Source: an uncultured delta proteobacterium
Lineage (GTDB): Bacteria > Desulfobacterota > RBG-13-43-22
Direction: 5' to 3'
Length of the DNA stretch: 64,000 bases
NCBI GenBank assembly: GCA_963843145.1
Contig: CAWJJC010000022.1
Location: 256,001 to 320,000 of the forward strand
In this document: positions 10,156 to 20,037 of the stretch, piece after piece
Layout: each line of letters opens with the position of its first letter
Numbering within the stretch: position 1 is the first letter of the stretch
Translations under genes and position numbers: made by a program
The notes under the pieces: generated by a model
Told to the model about the DNA's origin: nothing
What the model saw: the letters and a program-made list of their open reading frames with translations, nothing else
Databases searched by the model: none

Positions 10156-11112
10156 ATGGACATTGAACCCGGAATTGAGGGGAAAAGGCCGGTCTTCTTA
10201 AAACAGATCCTGGCGATTTTAGGAGAAGAGAAGGAGGTCCTGGACGGTCTCCTGCAGTTTGCCGATGAAGAGAAGGGGGTCCTGGACGGTCTTCTGCAGT
10301 TGGCCGAAGAGGGCAATAAACTCGAAGAAGAAAGGACCACTCTAGCCCGAAAGCGCAACGTCCTCACTACCCATTTGGTGGAAGACTCGGGGGCCCGAAC
10401 CGAATTGGCCCGAGAGCGCACCGAATTGAACAAACAATTGGTCAGGAATTCCGATCTGCGGACCCAGTCGGCCGAAAAACGCACGGACATGGCCGATACC
10501 CGCACCGGCCTGATGCGGGAACAGACCCGGCTATCATTCAAGAGCACCGAACTCGCCCAAGAACGGACCGGCTTGGCCAACCGGCGCACGGATATGGCTA
10601 CCAGGAGGACCGACCTGGCGGATAAACGAACTGGTCTGGCGGAGCGACGGACCAGTCTGGCGGATAGACGGACCGATCTGGCAGAGCAACGGACCAGCCT
10701 GGCGGACAGGAGGACCGGTCTGGCGGATAAACGAACTGGTCTAGCAGAGCAACGGACCGGTCTGGCGGTTCAGCGCACCCAACTGTCCAACCGCAGAACC
10801 GAACTGGCGAGCGGAAGAAATACGCTGGCCGACCTCCGGACCCACCTGTCCTCCCATCGGACCATCCTGGCAAAAGAAAGAACGCTTCTGGCCTTTATGC
10901 GCACCGGCATAGCCCTGATCGCCCTGGGGTTGGCCTTAATACGCTATTTTGGAATGGGGATCTGGACCGTGATGGATGGGTTTCTGATTCTGACCGGCCT
11001 GGTCACGATGAGCATTTCGGTTCGGGCCTATCTGTCCGCCTACCGAAAAGAACAACACGTGATCCTGGTTATCGACCAAAAGATGCGCGCTGTCGTCGAC
11101 TGGGTCGGTTAA
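10156..11112 (+). CDS. DUF202 (YidH-like) membrane protein with long heptad-repeat coiled coil
   Basis: C-terminal RTILAKERTLLAFMRTG plus two TM helices; repeated LAxxRT(G/D/S) units. Confidence 0.8.
   Translation: MDIEPGIEGKRPVFLKQILAILGEEKEVLDGLLQFADEEKGVLDGLLQLAEEGNKLEEERTTLARKRNVLTTHLVEDSGARTELARERTELNKQLVRNSDLRTQSAEKRTDMADTRTGLMREQTRLSFKSTELAQERTGLANRRTDMATRRTDLADKRTGLAERRTSLADRRTDLAEQRTSLADRRTGLADKRTGLAEQRTGLAVQRTQLSNRRTELASGRNTLADLRTHLSSHRTILAKERTLLAFMRTGIALIALGLALIRYFGMGIWTVMDGFLILTGLVTMSISVRAYLSAYRKEQHVILVIDQKMRAVVDWVG
10225..10308 (+). repeat. 42-bp tandem duplication (EEKxVLDGLLQxA twice)
   Basis: gaagagaagg..gtcctggacggtct..ctgcagtt at 10225 and 10267. Confidence 0.85.
10552..10842 (+). 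repeat. Degenerate 21-bp tandem repeat encoding a 7-aa unit LA(D/E)(K/R/Q)RT(G/D/S)
   Basis: Translation LAQERTG LANRRTD MATRRTD LADKRTG LAERRTS LADRRTD LAEQRTS... Confidence 0.85.
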
Positions 11113-11250
11113 GGGAAGAATTTCCCGGCGGACCATCCATTGAATTATGACGGTTACACTTAGTGGGGGAGATAACCCCACCCTGTGGAAATTTGCTTAT
11201 CCGCTAAAAGGAAATCCCCTATGTTGTAGACAGCCCGTTGGTAATCCACG

Positions 11251-11290
11251 AAAAAAAATGGGGCCCCCCGATTTTTCGGAGGGCCCCATC
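11251..11290 (-). terminator. Rho-independent terminator between convergent operons
   Basis: A-tract followed by the atggggccc...gggccccat hairpin just after the stop at 11304. Confidence 0.7.
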
Positions 11291-11303
11291 CGGAGGTTGT
11301 TTT

Positions 11304-13727
11304 TTAAAGAATATATTGAGCGACACCCTCCTTGTGCACCCGGCTGACCACCCCTTCTTTGACCATCTCCTGCAGTCCGACTATAATATCTTCTTTATTG
11401 GCTTTCAGGCTTTGGCTGAGCTCTTTCAGTTCAAAAAAGCGCTTATCCGAGCTGAGTAGATTGGCGATTCGGGACTTCACCCATTCTTCCTTCAGGATTC
11501 CCAGGAAGTCCTTGTCAAAGGCCATGGCATTGCGCTGGTTTCCAGGATAGACTTCCTCCCAGGGACGCCGCAGGGTGGCCCCCAGGACCCAGCGGACCCG
11601 GGGGTTGTTCACCGTAGCGTATATCCCCTGGATCTTTTCCTGAACATGAGGGCTTCGGTCGATAGGACCCAGCTCGTTGATTAATTTGATGAAGCTCTCC
11701 ACCACCACGATGTAATCCTCCGGTTTGTTCAGGTCCACGTGGGCCAGAGCGATGCGCCGACGGTCCTGTCCGGCGAACTCCAGCAGTTTTTTAAGGACGT
11801 TGACCCGGCTCCAGGTATGATCCAGTCCGAATGAGTGGTGGCAGTCATCCGGAGGGCAGCCGATCAAGATTAGGCCGTTGGCCCCTTCCACAAAAGCCCG
11901 GGCCAGCACCGAGGGGTCCAACTGACCGATGCAGCCCACCCGCAGTAGATAGACCCGGGGGTCGTAGGCCAGGCCTTTAAGGCCGGCATTATCGGCTGCG
12001 GCCAGACCTCCCCACATACAGCCGTAGGCCAGGACTTCGCCCTCAGACAGGGACCGGGCCAGGGCGGCCACCTGGGCCTCTCGCTGTTGGTTGGTGTTGT
12101 TTTGGAGGACCAAAGCATGGTGCGGGCAGGCGGCGGCGCAGGTCCCGCCGCCGGTACAGACCATGGGGTCCACCGCCCGGGGAATGCCGCCCCCCAGGCC
12201 TTCTACGGGCTCAATCCCGCCGCAATGGCAGATTTCCTTGCACAGTCCGCAGCCCGTGCACAGGGCCTGGTCAACCGAGCAAACCATCCGGGGGGCGTAG
12301 AGCTCGTTTTTTCGAGCCTTCTCCACCAGCTCCGACGTCTTGACCGCGGCCCGGCGGCCTTGGCGCAGGGCCTCATGGAGATCGCAGGGATAGCGGGCGC
12401 TGCCGGCCAGATACATCTCATCCCGCCCCACCTGTTCGGGTCGGACCTTTTCACCTTTCACTTCCAGAAACTTCCCCTTCTCGCACGCCAAACCCAGGAT
12501 ACCGGCGATCCGGGTGGCCTCCAGACCCACCGAACGCCGTGGGGAAAGGATTAATTTGTCCCAGGAAATTTCGTATTCCGTGTGGTCCTGGGGATCGCAA
12601 TAGGTCAGGTAACCGGCCTGCACCGTAGGACGGATGGCTCCGTCGTAAGGGATCCACTTGATCTTGTGCTGCCGGGCCAACCGTCGTTCTTCGGCGGAAA
12701 GGGGGAGCTGCATGAAGTGGTTGTAGATGAAACTGATCTCGAGGTCTTTTCGCTGGCTGATCATATACTGGGCAATGGACCAGGCGGTTCGGGACGACAG
12801 GTAGGCGTATTCCGGCGTTTTGGACTCGTAGTCGTTCAGCCAGAAGACGATTTTTCCGCTCGGGACCCCGTGGGTCCAGATCAACTCCTCGATTTCCGTG
12901 TGGCAGATCACCGATTTGCCGTCATGGCCGAAGTCGGACCCCTGGTTCAACATCTGGCCGTCCAGACAGGCGATAATGGCCCCTACTTCGAAGACCTTGG
13001 AGGGTTCCCCCTCTTGGGTCGAGAAGGTAACGGTGTAATGCCCGGTCCGACCCTTGACGCTTTTCAGCTCCCCGATGGTAATCCGCCGAACCAATGGGCT
13101 TTCATCCACCTCCTGCATGATTTTTTCCAGACGGTCGTAGTAATGCCGTTCCCCCGGATATTGTTCATGAAGCATGCGGATTTCATCTTCGTACTCATCG
13201 CTCTGGACCGCCAGGATGCAGTCGATGTTTTTCCGCAGCAGTTCCTGGGCGGCCGCGTAGGTGGCGATTCCTCCTCCGAGGATCATGACCGGGCCGACAA
13301 ACTCCACCTTTTCCGAGACCGTCGGCTCCAACACCGCCTGACCGGCCACCGCCGCCCCGATCAGTTTGGCTCCCTTGGCGGCCATTTCCTGGGGTGACAG
13401 CCGGTGCACAGCGGCCACATGGTCTTTTAGGTTGACCATGTCGATCTGACCTTCTTGGATATCCGTTCCGACGAAGGCTTGGTTGAATTTTTTTAAAAGG
13501 ATGCGGGGTTCGCAGCCGGCGATCACCAGTCGGTTCAACCCATGACGTTCGACGGATGCCTTGATTTGGTTCAATCCAGGAGTCGTGCAGGACATGGGCA
13601 GGATTTCAACCTGACTGATCAGGGGATTGTTCTGGAGCGCTTCCTGTAATTCCTTGAGGTCGACCCAGGGGTCGATCCGCCCGTCGCACTGGCAGAGAAA
13701 GACGCCTATTTTTTTATTGTCGTCCAT
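11304..13727 (-). CDS. HdrA-like/MvhD fusion (QmoB-like) Fe-S flavoprotein with C-terminal wHTH-like tail
   Basis: KIGVFLCQC start, ILGGG FAD motif, two ferredoxin motifs (CTGCGLC, CTGGGTCAAACP), MvhD motifs (YGCMW, RVGCIG, GCPPDDCH); RBS GGAGG before ATG 13727. Confidence 0.85.
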   Translation of the reverse strand: MDDNKKIGVFLCQCDGRIDPWVDLKELQEALQNNPLISQVEILPMSCTTPGLNQIKASVERHGLNRLVIAGCEPRILLKKFNQAFVGTDIQEGQIDMVNLKDHVAAVHRLSPQEMAAKGAKLIGAAVAGQAVLEPTVSEKVEFVGPVMILGGGIATYAAAQELLRKNIDCILAVQSDEYEDEIRMLHEQYPGERHYYDRLEKIMQEVDESPLVRRITIGELKSVKGRTGHYTVTFSTQEGEPSKVFEVGAIIACLDGQMLNQGSDFGHDGKSVICHTEIEELIWTHGVPSGKIVFWLNDYESKTPEYAYLSSRTAWSIAQYMISQRKDLEISFIYNHFMQLPLSAEERRLARQHKIKWIPYDGAIRPTVQAGYLTYCDPQDHTEYEISWDKLILSPRRSVGLEATRIAGILGLACEKGKFLEVKGEKVRPEQVGRDEMYLAGSARYPCDLHEALRQGRRAAVKTSELVEKARKNELYAPRMVCSVDQALCTGCGLCKEICHCGGIEPVEGLGGGIPRAVDPMVCTGGGTCAAACPHHALVLQNNTNQQREAQVAALARSLSEGEVLAYGCMWGGLAAADNAGLKGLAYDPRVYLLRVGCIGQLDPSVLARAFVEGANGLILIGCPPDDCHHSFGLDHTWSRVNVLKKLLEFAGQDRRRIALAHVDLNKPEDYIVVVESFIKLINELGPIDRSPHVQEKIQGIYATVNNPRVRWVLGATLRRPWEEVYPGNQRNAMAFDKDFLGILKEEWVKSRIANLLSSDKRFFELKELSQSLKANKEDIIVGLQEMVKEGVVSRVHKEGVAQYIL

Positions 13728-13747
13728 AATGGGTACCTCCTTATACC

Positions 13748-14386
13748 TTATACCTTTGGGGAAGAATGGGGGCTCTGGTGACCGCTGCCGCGGACACTGT
13801 CCAGACGGGCCCGCATCGCCCCGGTCGGGCAGACCGTCACGCAGGAACCGCAGGCCACGCACACCTCTGAGGGTTTTTCAAAAGGCGACCCAACTTTTTT
13901 GTGAACGCCCCGGCCGATGGTCGTGAGGGCGGAAACGCCCACCACCTCCCGGCAAACCCGGACACATAAACCACAGAGCAGGCATTGCTCTTCGGGATTA
14001 TCAATGCGGAAACGGGTTCCGGTTACCCCATACTCCGCCGCTAGGGCGCGAATTTCCTTGCTGGCCGGGCATTCGGCCAAAAGCATCTCCAGAATCCAAC
14101 GCCGCACATTTTTTACCCGGTCGCTGTCCGTTTGCACGGAAATGCCCTCTTGCGCCGGGAACATACAGGAAATCACCACCTTGGACCAGTTGCCTTTTTG
14201 GACCTCCACTACGCACAGGCGGCAGGCCCCGCTGGGCGAAACGGCTTCGTGATAGCAGAGGGTAGGTATGTGAATGCCGTACTGGCGGGCGGTCTCCAGG
14301 ACCGTCCAGCCTTCCTGGGCCTCTACCGGCTGGTCATTGATCGTAAAAGAAACGGATCTTGTTTTCGAATGGTTCTGGTTACTCAT
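13748..14386 (-). CDS. NuoG/HydA N-terminal-like Fe-S subunit (2Fe-2S plus 2x4Fe-4S; BamI/HoxU-like)
   Basis: IPTLC..GACRLC..SC; CLLCGLCVRVC; CVACGSCVTVCP. Confidence 0.88.
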   Translation of the reverse strand: MSNQNHSKTRSVSFTINDQPVEAQEGWTVLETARQYGIHIPTLCYHEAVSPSGACRLCVVEVQKGNWSKVVISCMFPAQEGISVQTDSDRVKNVRRWILEMLLAECPASKEIRALAAEYGVTGTRFRIDNPEEQCLLCGLCVRVCREVVGVSALTTIGRGVHKKVGSPFEKPSEVCVACGSCVTVCPTGAMRARLDSVRGSGHQSPHSSPKV

Positions 14387-14398
14387 GGGGTCACCTCT

Positions 14399-16309
14399 TT
14401 ATTCAATCTTTACCGCGTCAAACTTGCAGGAATCCAGGCACATGCCGCAGCGGATACAGGACGCTTCGTCGATCCGGTGGGGTTTTTTCTTCTCGCCGGA
14501 GATACAATTCTGGGGACAACTGCGGGCGCATAATCCGCAGCCGGTACAGGCCTCCGGGTCAATCCGGTAGGTTATCAAGGCCCTGCAAACGCCGGCCGGA
14601 CATTTGTGGTCCACGATGTGCGCCGCATACTCGTCGCGAAAATGCCGCAGCGTGGTCAGGACCGGATTGGGCGCCGTTCCTCCCAGCGCGCAAAGAGAAC
14701 CATCCTGAATGGCCTTGGCCAGGCTGTTCAGATCGTCTATATCCTCCATGGCCCCTTCTCCGCGTGAGAATCGATCGAGGAACTGGTACATCGATTTAAG
14801 CCCCAGCCGGCAGGGCAGGCATTTGCCGCAGGACTCGTCCATCAAAAAGGACAAGAAATAACGGGCTACGTCCACCACGCAGTCGCTGTCGTCCATAACG
14901 ATCATGCCGCCCGAACCCATCATGGAACCGGCCTTGGACAATGAATCAAAATCAACGGGTGTATCCCGAAGCGCATAGGGCAGACAGCCCCCCGAAGGCC
15001 CCCCGGTCTGTACGGCCTTGAAGTGGCCCCGTCCCGGAACACCTCCCCCGATGTTTTCCACCAGGTCATTGAGGGACATGCCCATGGGGATCTCCACCAG
15101 TCCGATGTTATTGATTTTGCCAACCAGCGAAAAAACTTTGGTGCCGGTGCTGGTGGGCACCCCGTAACCGGTGTACCAGTCGGGGCCTTTGCCGATGATC
15201 AAAGGGACATTACAGAAGGTTTCAATGTTGTTGATAATCGTCGGCTGGCCCCAAAGACCGGCTTCCGCCGGGAAAATATATTTGGGAGTGGCTTCGCCGG
15301 CCACCCCTTCAATGGAATGGATCAGGGCGGTTTCCTCCCCGCAGACGAAGGCACCGGCGCCTCGGACGATCAGCACCTCGAAATCAAACCCGCTGCCGAG
15401 GATGTCCTTCCCCAATAAACCCAGCTTTCGGGCCTGCTCCATGGCGATGGCCAGGTGTTTTCTGGCCAGGGGGTATTCCTCCCGCACGTACATATATCCC
15501 TGATGTGCCCCGATGGCGTAGGCGCCGAGAATGAGTCCCTCCAATACCGCGTGGGGATCCCCTTCCATCAGCGTTCGGTCCATGAAGGCCCCCGGATCCC
15601 CTTCGTCGCCGTTGGCGACGATGTAGACCGACCCGCCCTTTCTTTGAGCGGCACTGATGGCGGATTTCCATTTTATACCGGTGGGAAACCCGGCGCCCCC
15701 TCTTCCTCTCAGGCCGGATTTGACGATGGCCTCCACTACCTCACCGGGTTTCATGGTAGCCAGCGCCTTGGCCAGGGCCTCGTAGCCCCCGGCCGTAATC
15801 GTGTCGCGGATATCCGTGGGATCGATCTTGCCGATATTGTGCATGACGATCCGCGTTTGATTCTTGTAAAAAGGGATCTCTTCATGGTGGACAATGTGCT
15901 CGCCGGTCTTGGGGTCTTGATACAGGAGCCGATCCACCGGCTTTCCCTCCAGGAGGGTGGTTTGGACGATTTCCGGGCAGTCGGTTGGTTGCACCCGTTG
16001 GTAGAAAATGTCCGAGGGTTGTAAAATCACCAGGGGACCTCGTGAGCAAAAACCGTGACACCCGGTGGTTTTGATATCGGGAATAACCGAGATGTCCAAT
16101 CCGGCCTGGCTGATGGCCGTTCGAAGCGCACCGGCCACTTCCACGCTGCCGTTGGCCAGGCATCCCGTTCCATGGCAGACAATGATGTAGGGTTTTTGAG
16201 GATCCCTCGCCGTCAGGAGGGTTTCACGGTAGGTTTTTAACATATCCGGAGAAGTCAAACGGAGTTCCGTCGGTATCGGTTTGGGTTGTGCTTTACTTGC
16301 TTGAGCCAT
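14399..16309 (-). CDS. NuoF/HydB-like NADH-binding FMN Fe-S subunit
   Basis: GRGGAGFPTG, NGDEGDPGAFMDR, GAGAFVCGEET, ESCGKCLPCR; N-terminal thioredoxin-like 2Fe-2S and C-terminal 2x4Fe-4S. Confidence 0.93.
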   Translation of the reverse strand: MAQASKAQPKPIPTELRLTSPDMLKTYRETLLTARDPQKPYIIVCHGTGCLANGSVEVAGALRTAISQAGLDISVIPDIKTTGCHGFCSRGPLVILQPSDIFYQRVQPTDCPEIVQTTLLEGKPVDRLLYQDPKTGEHIVHHEEIPFYKNQTRIVMHNIGKIDPTDIRDTITAGGYEALAKALATMKPGEVVEAIVKSGLRGRGGAGFPTGIKWKSAISAAQRKGGSVYIVANGDEGDPGAFMDRTLMEGDPHAVLEGLILGAYAIGAHQGYMYVREEYPLARKHLAIAMEQARKLGLLGKDILGSGFDFEVLIVRGAGAFVCGEETALIHSIEGVAGEATPKYIFPAEAGLWGQPTIINNIETFCNVPLIIGKGPDWYTGYGVPTSTGTKVFSLVGKINNIGLVEIPMGMSLNDLVENIGGGVPGRGHFKAVQTGGPSGGCLPYALRDTPVDFDSLSKAGSMMGSGGMIVMDDSDCVVDVARYFLSFLMDESCGKCLPCRLGLKSMYQFLDRFSRGEGAMEDIDDLNSLAKAIQDGSLCALGGTAPNPVLTTLRHFRDEYAAHIVDHKCPAGVCRALITYRIDPEACTGCGLCARSCPQNCISGEKKKPHRIDEASCIRCGMCLDSCKFDAVKIE

Positions 16310-16319
16310 GGTTCCCTCT

Positions 16320-16784
16320 CTATTCAGCGGAGATTTTCTTGATTACGCTTTCCAGTTTTTTAGCGTTTACTTTAGCGTAATACTTTTCGTCGATGATGGC
16401 CACCGGGGCCAAAGCACAGGCGCCCAGGCAGTTTACCGTTTCCAGGGTAAACTTCAAATCCTTGGTGGTGGCGCCGGGTTGGACCTGCAGTTTCCGGGAA
16501 AGGTTTTCTACCAGTCGTAAGGAACCTTTTAGATGGCAGGCCGTTCCCTGGCAGACCCTGATTTCATGCTCTCCCTTGGGTTCGAGGCTGAATGATTTAT
16601 AAAAAGTGGCTACCGCATAGGCCTGGGTCAAAGGCACCCCGGCATGCTCGCAGACCAGGGCCATGGCTTCCGGTGAAATATAGTTATAAGCAGCCTGAAT
16701 TTCCTGAAGAAGAAATATCAGGGAGTCCGGCCTGCCCGGGTACCTTTCGATGATATCGTCTATCGAAACCTGTTCTCGGTTCAC
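16320..16784 (-). CDS. NuoE/HydC-like 2Fe-2S subunit
   Basis: VATFY, CQGTAC, CLGAC; GTG start with AAGGAGG RBS. Confidence 0.92.
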   Translation of the reverse strand: MNREQVSIDDIIERYPGRPDSLIFLLQEIQAAYNYISPEAMALVCEHAGVPLTQAYAVATFYKSFSLEPKGEHEIRVCQGTACHLKGSLRLVENLSRKLQVQPGATTKDLKFTLETVNCLGACALAPVAIIDEKYYAKVNAKKLESVIKKISAE

Positions 16785-16823
16785 CCTATGCCTCCTTATA
16801 TGTGGATATTTTTTTATTTAAAA

Positions 16824-16839
16824 AGCAAATGATATGCCA
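16824..16839 (-). promoter_or_regulatory. sigma54 -24/-12 promoter of the nuoE-like operon
   Basis: TGGCATATCATTTGCT has exact GG-N10-GC spacing; a sigma54 activator gene is adjacent. Confidence 0.85.
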
Positions 16840-16913
16840 TATACTATAACCTATTGTTTTATGCAATTAAAATGATTAATAAAAGGCGCAAGAGGGATGC
16901 TCTAGATAGAATA

Positions 16914-17025
16914 TGTTTCATGATTATCGAGCCTGGAGGGGGGAATAATTATAAAAATAATTAATATTTTTAAGTAGTTATAAATTTATTCCATTACATG
17001 AAACAAATTGAAACATATTGAAACT
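16914..17025. promoter_or_regulatory. Candidate enhancer (UAS) sites
   Basis: TGTTTCA at 16914; TGAAACA/TGAAACA/TGAAACT at 16999, 17009, 17019 (10-bp period) in an AT-rich intergenic region. Confidence 0.5.
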
Positions 17026-17035
17026 AAGGAACAGT

Positions 17036-18781
17036 TTATTCGATATTCAACCTTTTCATTTTCCGCCACAGGGAAGTCCGGCTGATACCTAATATCCGGG
17101 CGGCCTCCCGGCGGCGGCCACCGGCCTGCTTCAAGGCTTTTTCCAGGCGAACCGCTTCCCCTGCCGGATTTATCACTAGAGGCTCACGCCTTTTTTTCTC
17201 CGGCAGCCGTTCATTCATCAGCAGGTCCAGGCTGGGCAGGTTGCGTTGAAAAATCACCGGCCCCTTTACAAAAACATAGGCATATTCCAGTATTCTTTCC
17301 AACTCCCGGACGTTTCCCGGCCAGGGATAATTCATAAATTGCGCCATCACCTTGGGATCCAGACCGCGGACCTCCTTTTGATATTTCTGATTGAGGAGGC
17401 CCAGAAAATGTTCCACCAGCAAAGGGAGGTCTTCCATCCGTTCTCTTAAAGGAGGCAAGGTAATGGGAACGGTGCGGAGACGATAAAACAGGTCTTCCCG
17501 AAATCGGCCCTCAGCCAGGTCCTTGATCAGGTCCCGGTTGGTTGCGCTGATGATTCGGGCCTCCATGGGAATCAGCCGGGTGCCGCCCACACGTTCAAAG
17601 ACCCGTTGTTCCAGGACCCGCAGGAGCTTGACCTGCAGCTCCGGTTTCAGTTCGCCGATTTCGTCCAGGAAAAGGGTGCCGCTTCGGGCCAGTTCGAACC
17701 GCCCGACCTTGGAGCGGATGGCCCCGGTGAAAGCGGCTTTTTCATGACCAAAAAGTTCGGATTCCAACAAGGTCTCGGCCAGGGCCGAGCAATTGACGGC
17801 CACAAAGGGTCCCTCCCGATAGGCCGAATGGTGGTGAATGGCCCGGGCCACCAGCTCCTTGCCCGTACCGCTTTCCCCCTGGAGCAGCACGTTGGCCTGG
17901 CTGGCGGCCACATCGGGCAGGAGTTGAAAGAGCTGCTGCATGGCCGGGCTGCGGCCGATGATCTCGGAGAAACTATAGGCCCGGGAAAGGTGACCCGGCT
18001 GTTCAGCCAGATTGCCGATTAGATGGAAGGTTTCTACCGCGCCAATAACTTTTCCGTCCCGGTCTCGGACCACATTGGTGTTGACCAACATCGGCAGGCG
18101 GGCCCCGCTTTTATCCAACATCCGGACATCCTGGTCAAAGCGGGTAATCCCGCTTTCCAGGGTCAACCGTAGCGGGCAATCGCTCTGGCAGACATCCGAC
18201 CGGAAGATGTCCCAGCAAAAACGGCCCAAGACTTCCTCTCGCCGATAGCCGGTTATTTTTTCCGCCGTTTGATTGAACGAAGTGATCTGCCAGCGGGTAT
18301 TGATGGTAAATATACCTTCAGCCAGGTGTTCCAGCAGGCTTTCATACATGGGGGATGGCCTTCGGGGAAGGCCGGTTAACGGATCGACCCTATCTTGAGC
18401 TAGAAGGGGGGAAAATTCGGCGTCCCGAATACTGATGATCAGGCCGGTCACCAGTTGATTGATGCCGATCAAGGAGTTGACGGAAAAGACACTGTCAAAA
18501 ACAGACCCCCGAGAGTCCACGGTCCGGGTCTTCAGCCGTTGGGAACCTCCCCCGCGGCTCAACGCCTGGTCGATGGCGGCCATCACGACAGTCAGTCCGG
18601 GTCCCTCAAACAGCTCATCAAAGGAAATCCGCTCTCCGGGGACCAGGTCGGATCGCAACAACTGTTGGGCCCGGTCGTTGAAGCCCATAACCCGGTGATT
18701 GCGGTCCAGAACCAGGATGGCCTCGCCATTAAAATGGCCCGAGGAAACCAGGGTGTCTTCTTCCAGGGGTTTTTGGGTCAT
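17036..18781 (-). CDS. Double-PAS sigma54-dependent activator
   Basis: [29 protein letters not shown]-terminal Fis-type HTH; Cys-rich PAS ([14 protein letters not shown]). Confidence 0.93.
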   Translation of the reverse strand: MTQKPLEEDTLVSSGHFNGEAILVLDRNHRVMGFNDRAQQLLRSDLVPGERISFDELFEGPGLTVVMAAIDQALSRGGGSQRLKTRTVDSRGSVFDSVFSVNSLIGINQLVTGLIISIRDAEFSPLLAQDRVDPLTGLPRRPSPMYESLLEHLAEGIFTINTRWQITSFNQTAEKITGYRREEVLGRFCWDIFRSDVCQSDCPLRLTLESGITRFDQDVRMLDKSGARLPMLVNTNVVRDRDGKVIGAVETFHLIGNLAEQPGHLSRAYSFSEIIGRSPAMQQLFQLLPDVAASQANVLLQGESGTGKELVARAIHHHSAYREGPFVAVNCSALAETLLESELFGHEKAAFTGAIRSKVGRFELARSGTLFLDEIGELKPELQVKLLRVLEQRVFERVGGTRLIPMEARIISATNRDLIKDLAEGRFREDLFYRLRTVPITLPPLRERMEDLPLLVEHFLGLLNQKYQKEVRGLDPKVMAQFMNYPWPGNVRELERILEYAYVFVKGPVIFQRNLPSLDLLMNERLPEKKRREPLVINPAGEAVRLEKALKQAGGRRREAARILGISRTSLWRKMKRLNIE

Positions 18782-18818
18782 GGCCTTTGGACGTCAGGTA
18801 TTGGCTTGGTGCCTGGGG

Positions 18819-19073
18819 TTATCCTAAAATACGGGTGATGTCTTCATCTTCCAGGAAAGAGGATATATTCCAGCACAGGGCCCTCAATTCCTTGTCGAGG
18901 ATGCCGGGAGACAGCAGTTTCCCTCCCTCGAAACCCCGGGACCTGACCAAGGCAACAATTAGATGAAGCTTTTCCCGATATACTTCTTCATTCCGGGTGA
19001 AAGCCCGGTGATAGGCGGCCACCAGGGTATTGACCCGATTGATAGAACAGCGTTTACAAGTTCGATCAGGCAT
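18819..19073 (-). CDS. Small hypothetical protein
   Basis: 84-aa ORF with CxxC, co-oriented with the activator; no family recognised. Confidence 0.5.
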   Translation of the reverse strand: MPDRTCKRCSINRVNTLVAAYHRAFTRNEEVYREKLHLIVALVRSRGFEGGKLLSPGILDKELRALCWNISSFLEDEDITRILG

Positions 19074-19297
19074 GGGTGATTTGATTATAACATTTTTGAA
19101 AGATTACTTTAAGAAAGTAGCATTATATACTCCATATCTTTAGGGAGGTCAAACGGCAAAGCGTTTCCAAGTGGAGAAGAATTAAAGACAAATTTAAAAA
19201 GGCTGACAAATCTGGCTGGGCCGGCAGGGCTTTTCTCGAAAAGAGCAGTTTCTATTTATGGGAGTGTCTCCATCAGGATCGTAATCCATGTTGAAAA

Positions 19298-19467
19298 CTG
19301 GACCGGCCGGTCACCGGATATGGTGAGGTGCGGTAGGGCAACTATGGGATTATATAGGTGGCCGATACGGGAATCGGCATTTCGGCTGAAGATATCCACC
19401 GGATTTTCGAACCCTTCTATACAAAAAAAAGATGGGGCGAAGCAGGACGGGGTTGGGGATGGCCGTC
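19298..19467 (+). pseudogene. Remnant of a histidine kinase HATPase domain
   Basis: Reads LDRPVTGYGEVR*GNYGII*VADTGIGISAEDIHRIFEPFYTKK, then after a frameshift in the A-run KMGRSRTGLGMAV. Confidence 0.8.
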
Positions 19468-19571
19468 AAATAGGAACTTTGTCCCAGGGGGGAAATGGCC
19501 GGCTGACGGTTCCTGAAGGATTCACCCTGATGGGGGGAATGGAGGGTTCCGGGCGTCCGGGAAAAATTGTC

Positions 19572-19612
19572 AAGGCGGCCTGTCTCCCCTTATCGGGAGA
19601 CGGGGCCGCCTT
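19572..19612 (-). terminator. Hairpin terminator after the DUF5320-like genes
   Basis: aaggcggcc-tgtctccc...gggagac-g-ggccgcctt inverted repeat. Confidence 0.6.
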
Positions 19613-19624
19613 TATCCTCAGGGT

Positions 19625-19978
19625 TCACTCGGTAGCTGAACCGGCCTCCATATCCTGAAGGCGCTTTTTGATCCTATCCAACTCAGACTGCAAGGCTTCC
19701 GCCCGGCCTTTCAGCGACCCTTTTTCCAATTCCGGATCCGACCCTTCGAACGAAGCCCCCCCACCGGCGAAACGCCGCCAGGCCGGCAGACCCGCACCGA
19801 AGAACCAACGGCATAACCCTCGACCGCCGCTCCTCCCGCCGGGACCCAGGCTGTTGCTGAAAAAGCTACCCCAGCCCCCCTGATTAAATGCGGGCCTCCC
19901 GGAGCCGGCGCAATACCCGCCTCCCCGGCCGGTCATCGGCCCCATTCCCATGGGCCCTGTCCTGTCTCCTCTGGGCAT
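19625..19978 (-). CDS. DUF5320-like Gly/Arg-rich protein
   Basis: MPRGDRTGPMGMGPMTGRGGGYC start, C-terminal coiled coil. Confidence 0.85.
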   Translation of the reverse strand: MPRGDRTGPMGMGPMTGRGGGYCAGSGRPAFNQGGWGSFFSNSLGPGGRSGGRGLCRWFFGAGLPAWRRFAGGGASFEGSDPELEKGSLKGRAEALQSELDRIKKRLQDMEAGSATE

Positions 19979-20037
19979 GATCGAACCTCCTTTCCGGTGG
20001 TTGAATTTCTGTTTGAGTATAGATTAGAAAACATTGA

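Noticed and set aside
10552-10842. Regularly spaced repeats suggesting a CRISPR array
   Set aside because: In-frame, codon-degenerate 21-bp coding repeats with no unique spacers and no cas genes
13748-16784. Respiratory complex I or [FeFe]-hydrogenase operon
   Set aside because: No membrane nuo genes and no H-cluster motifs; only the diaphorase module is present
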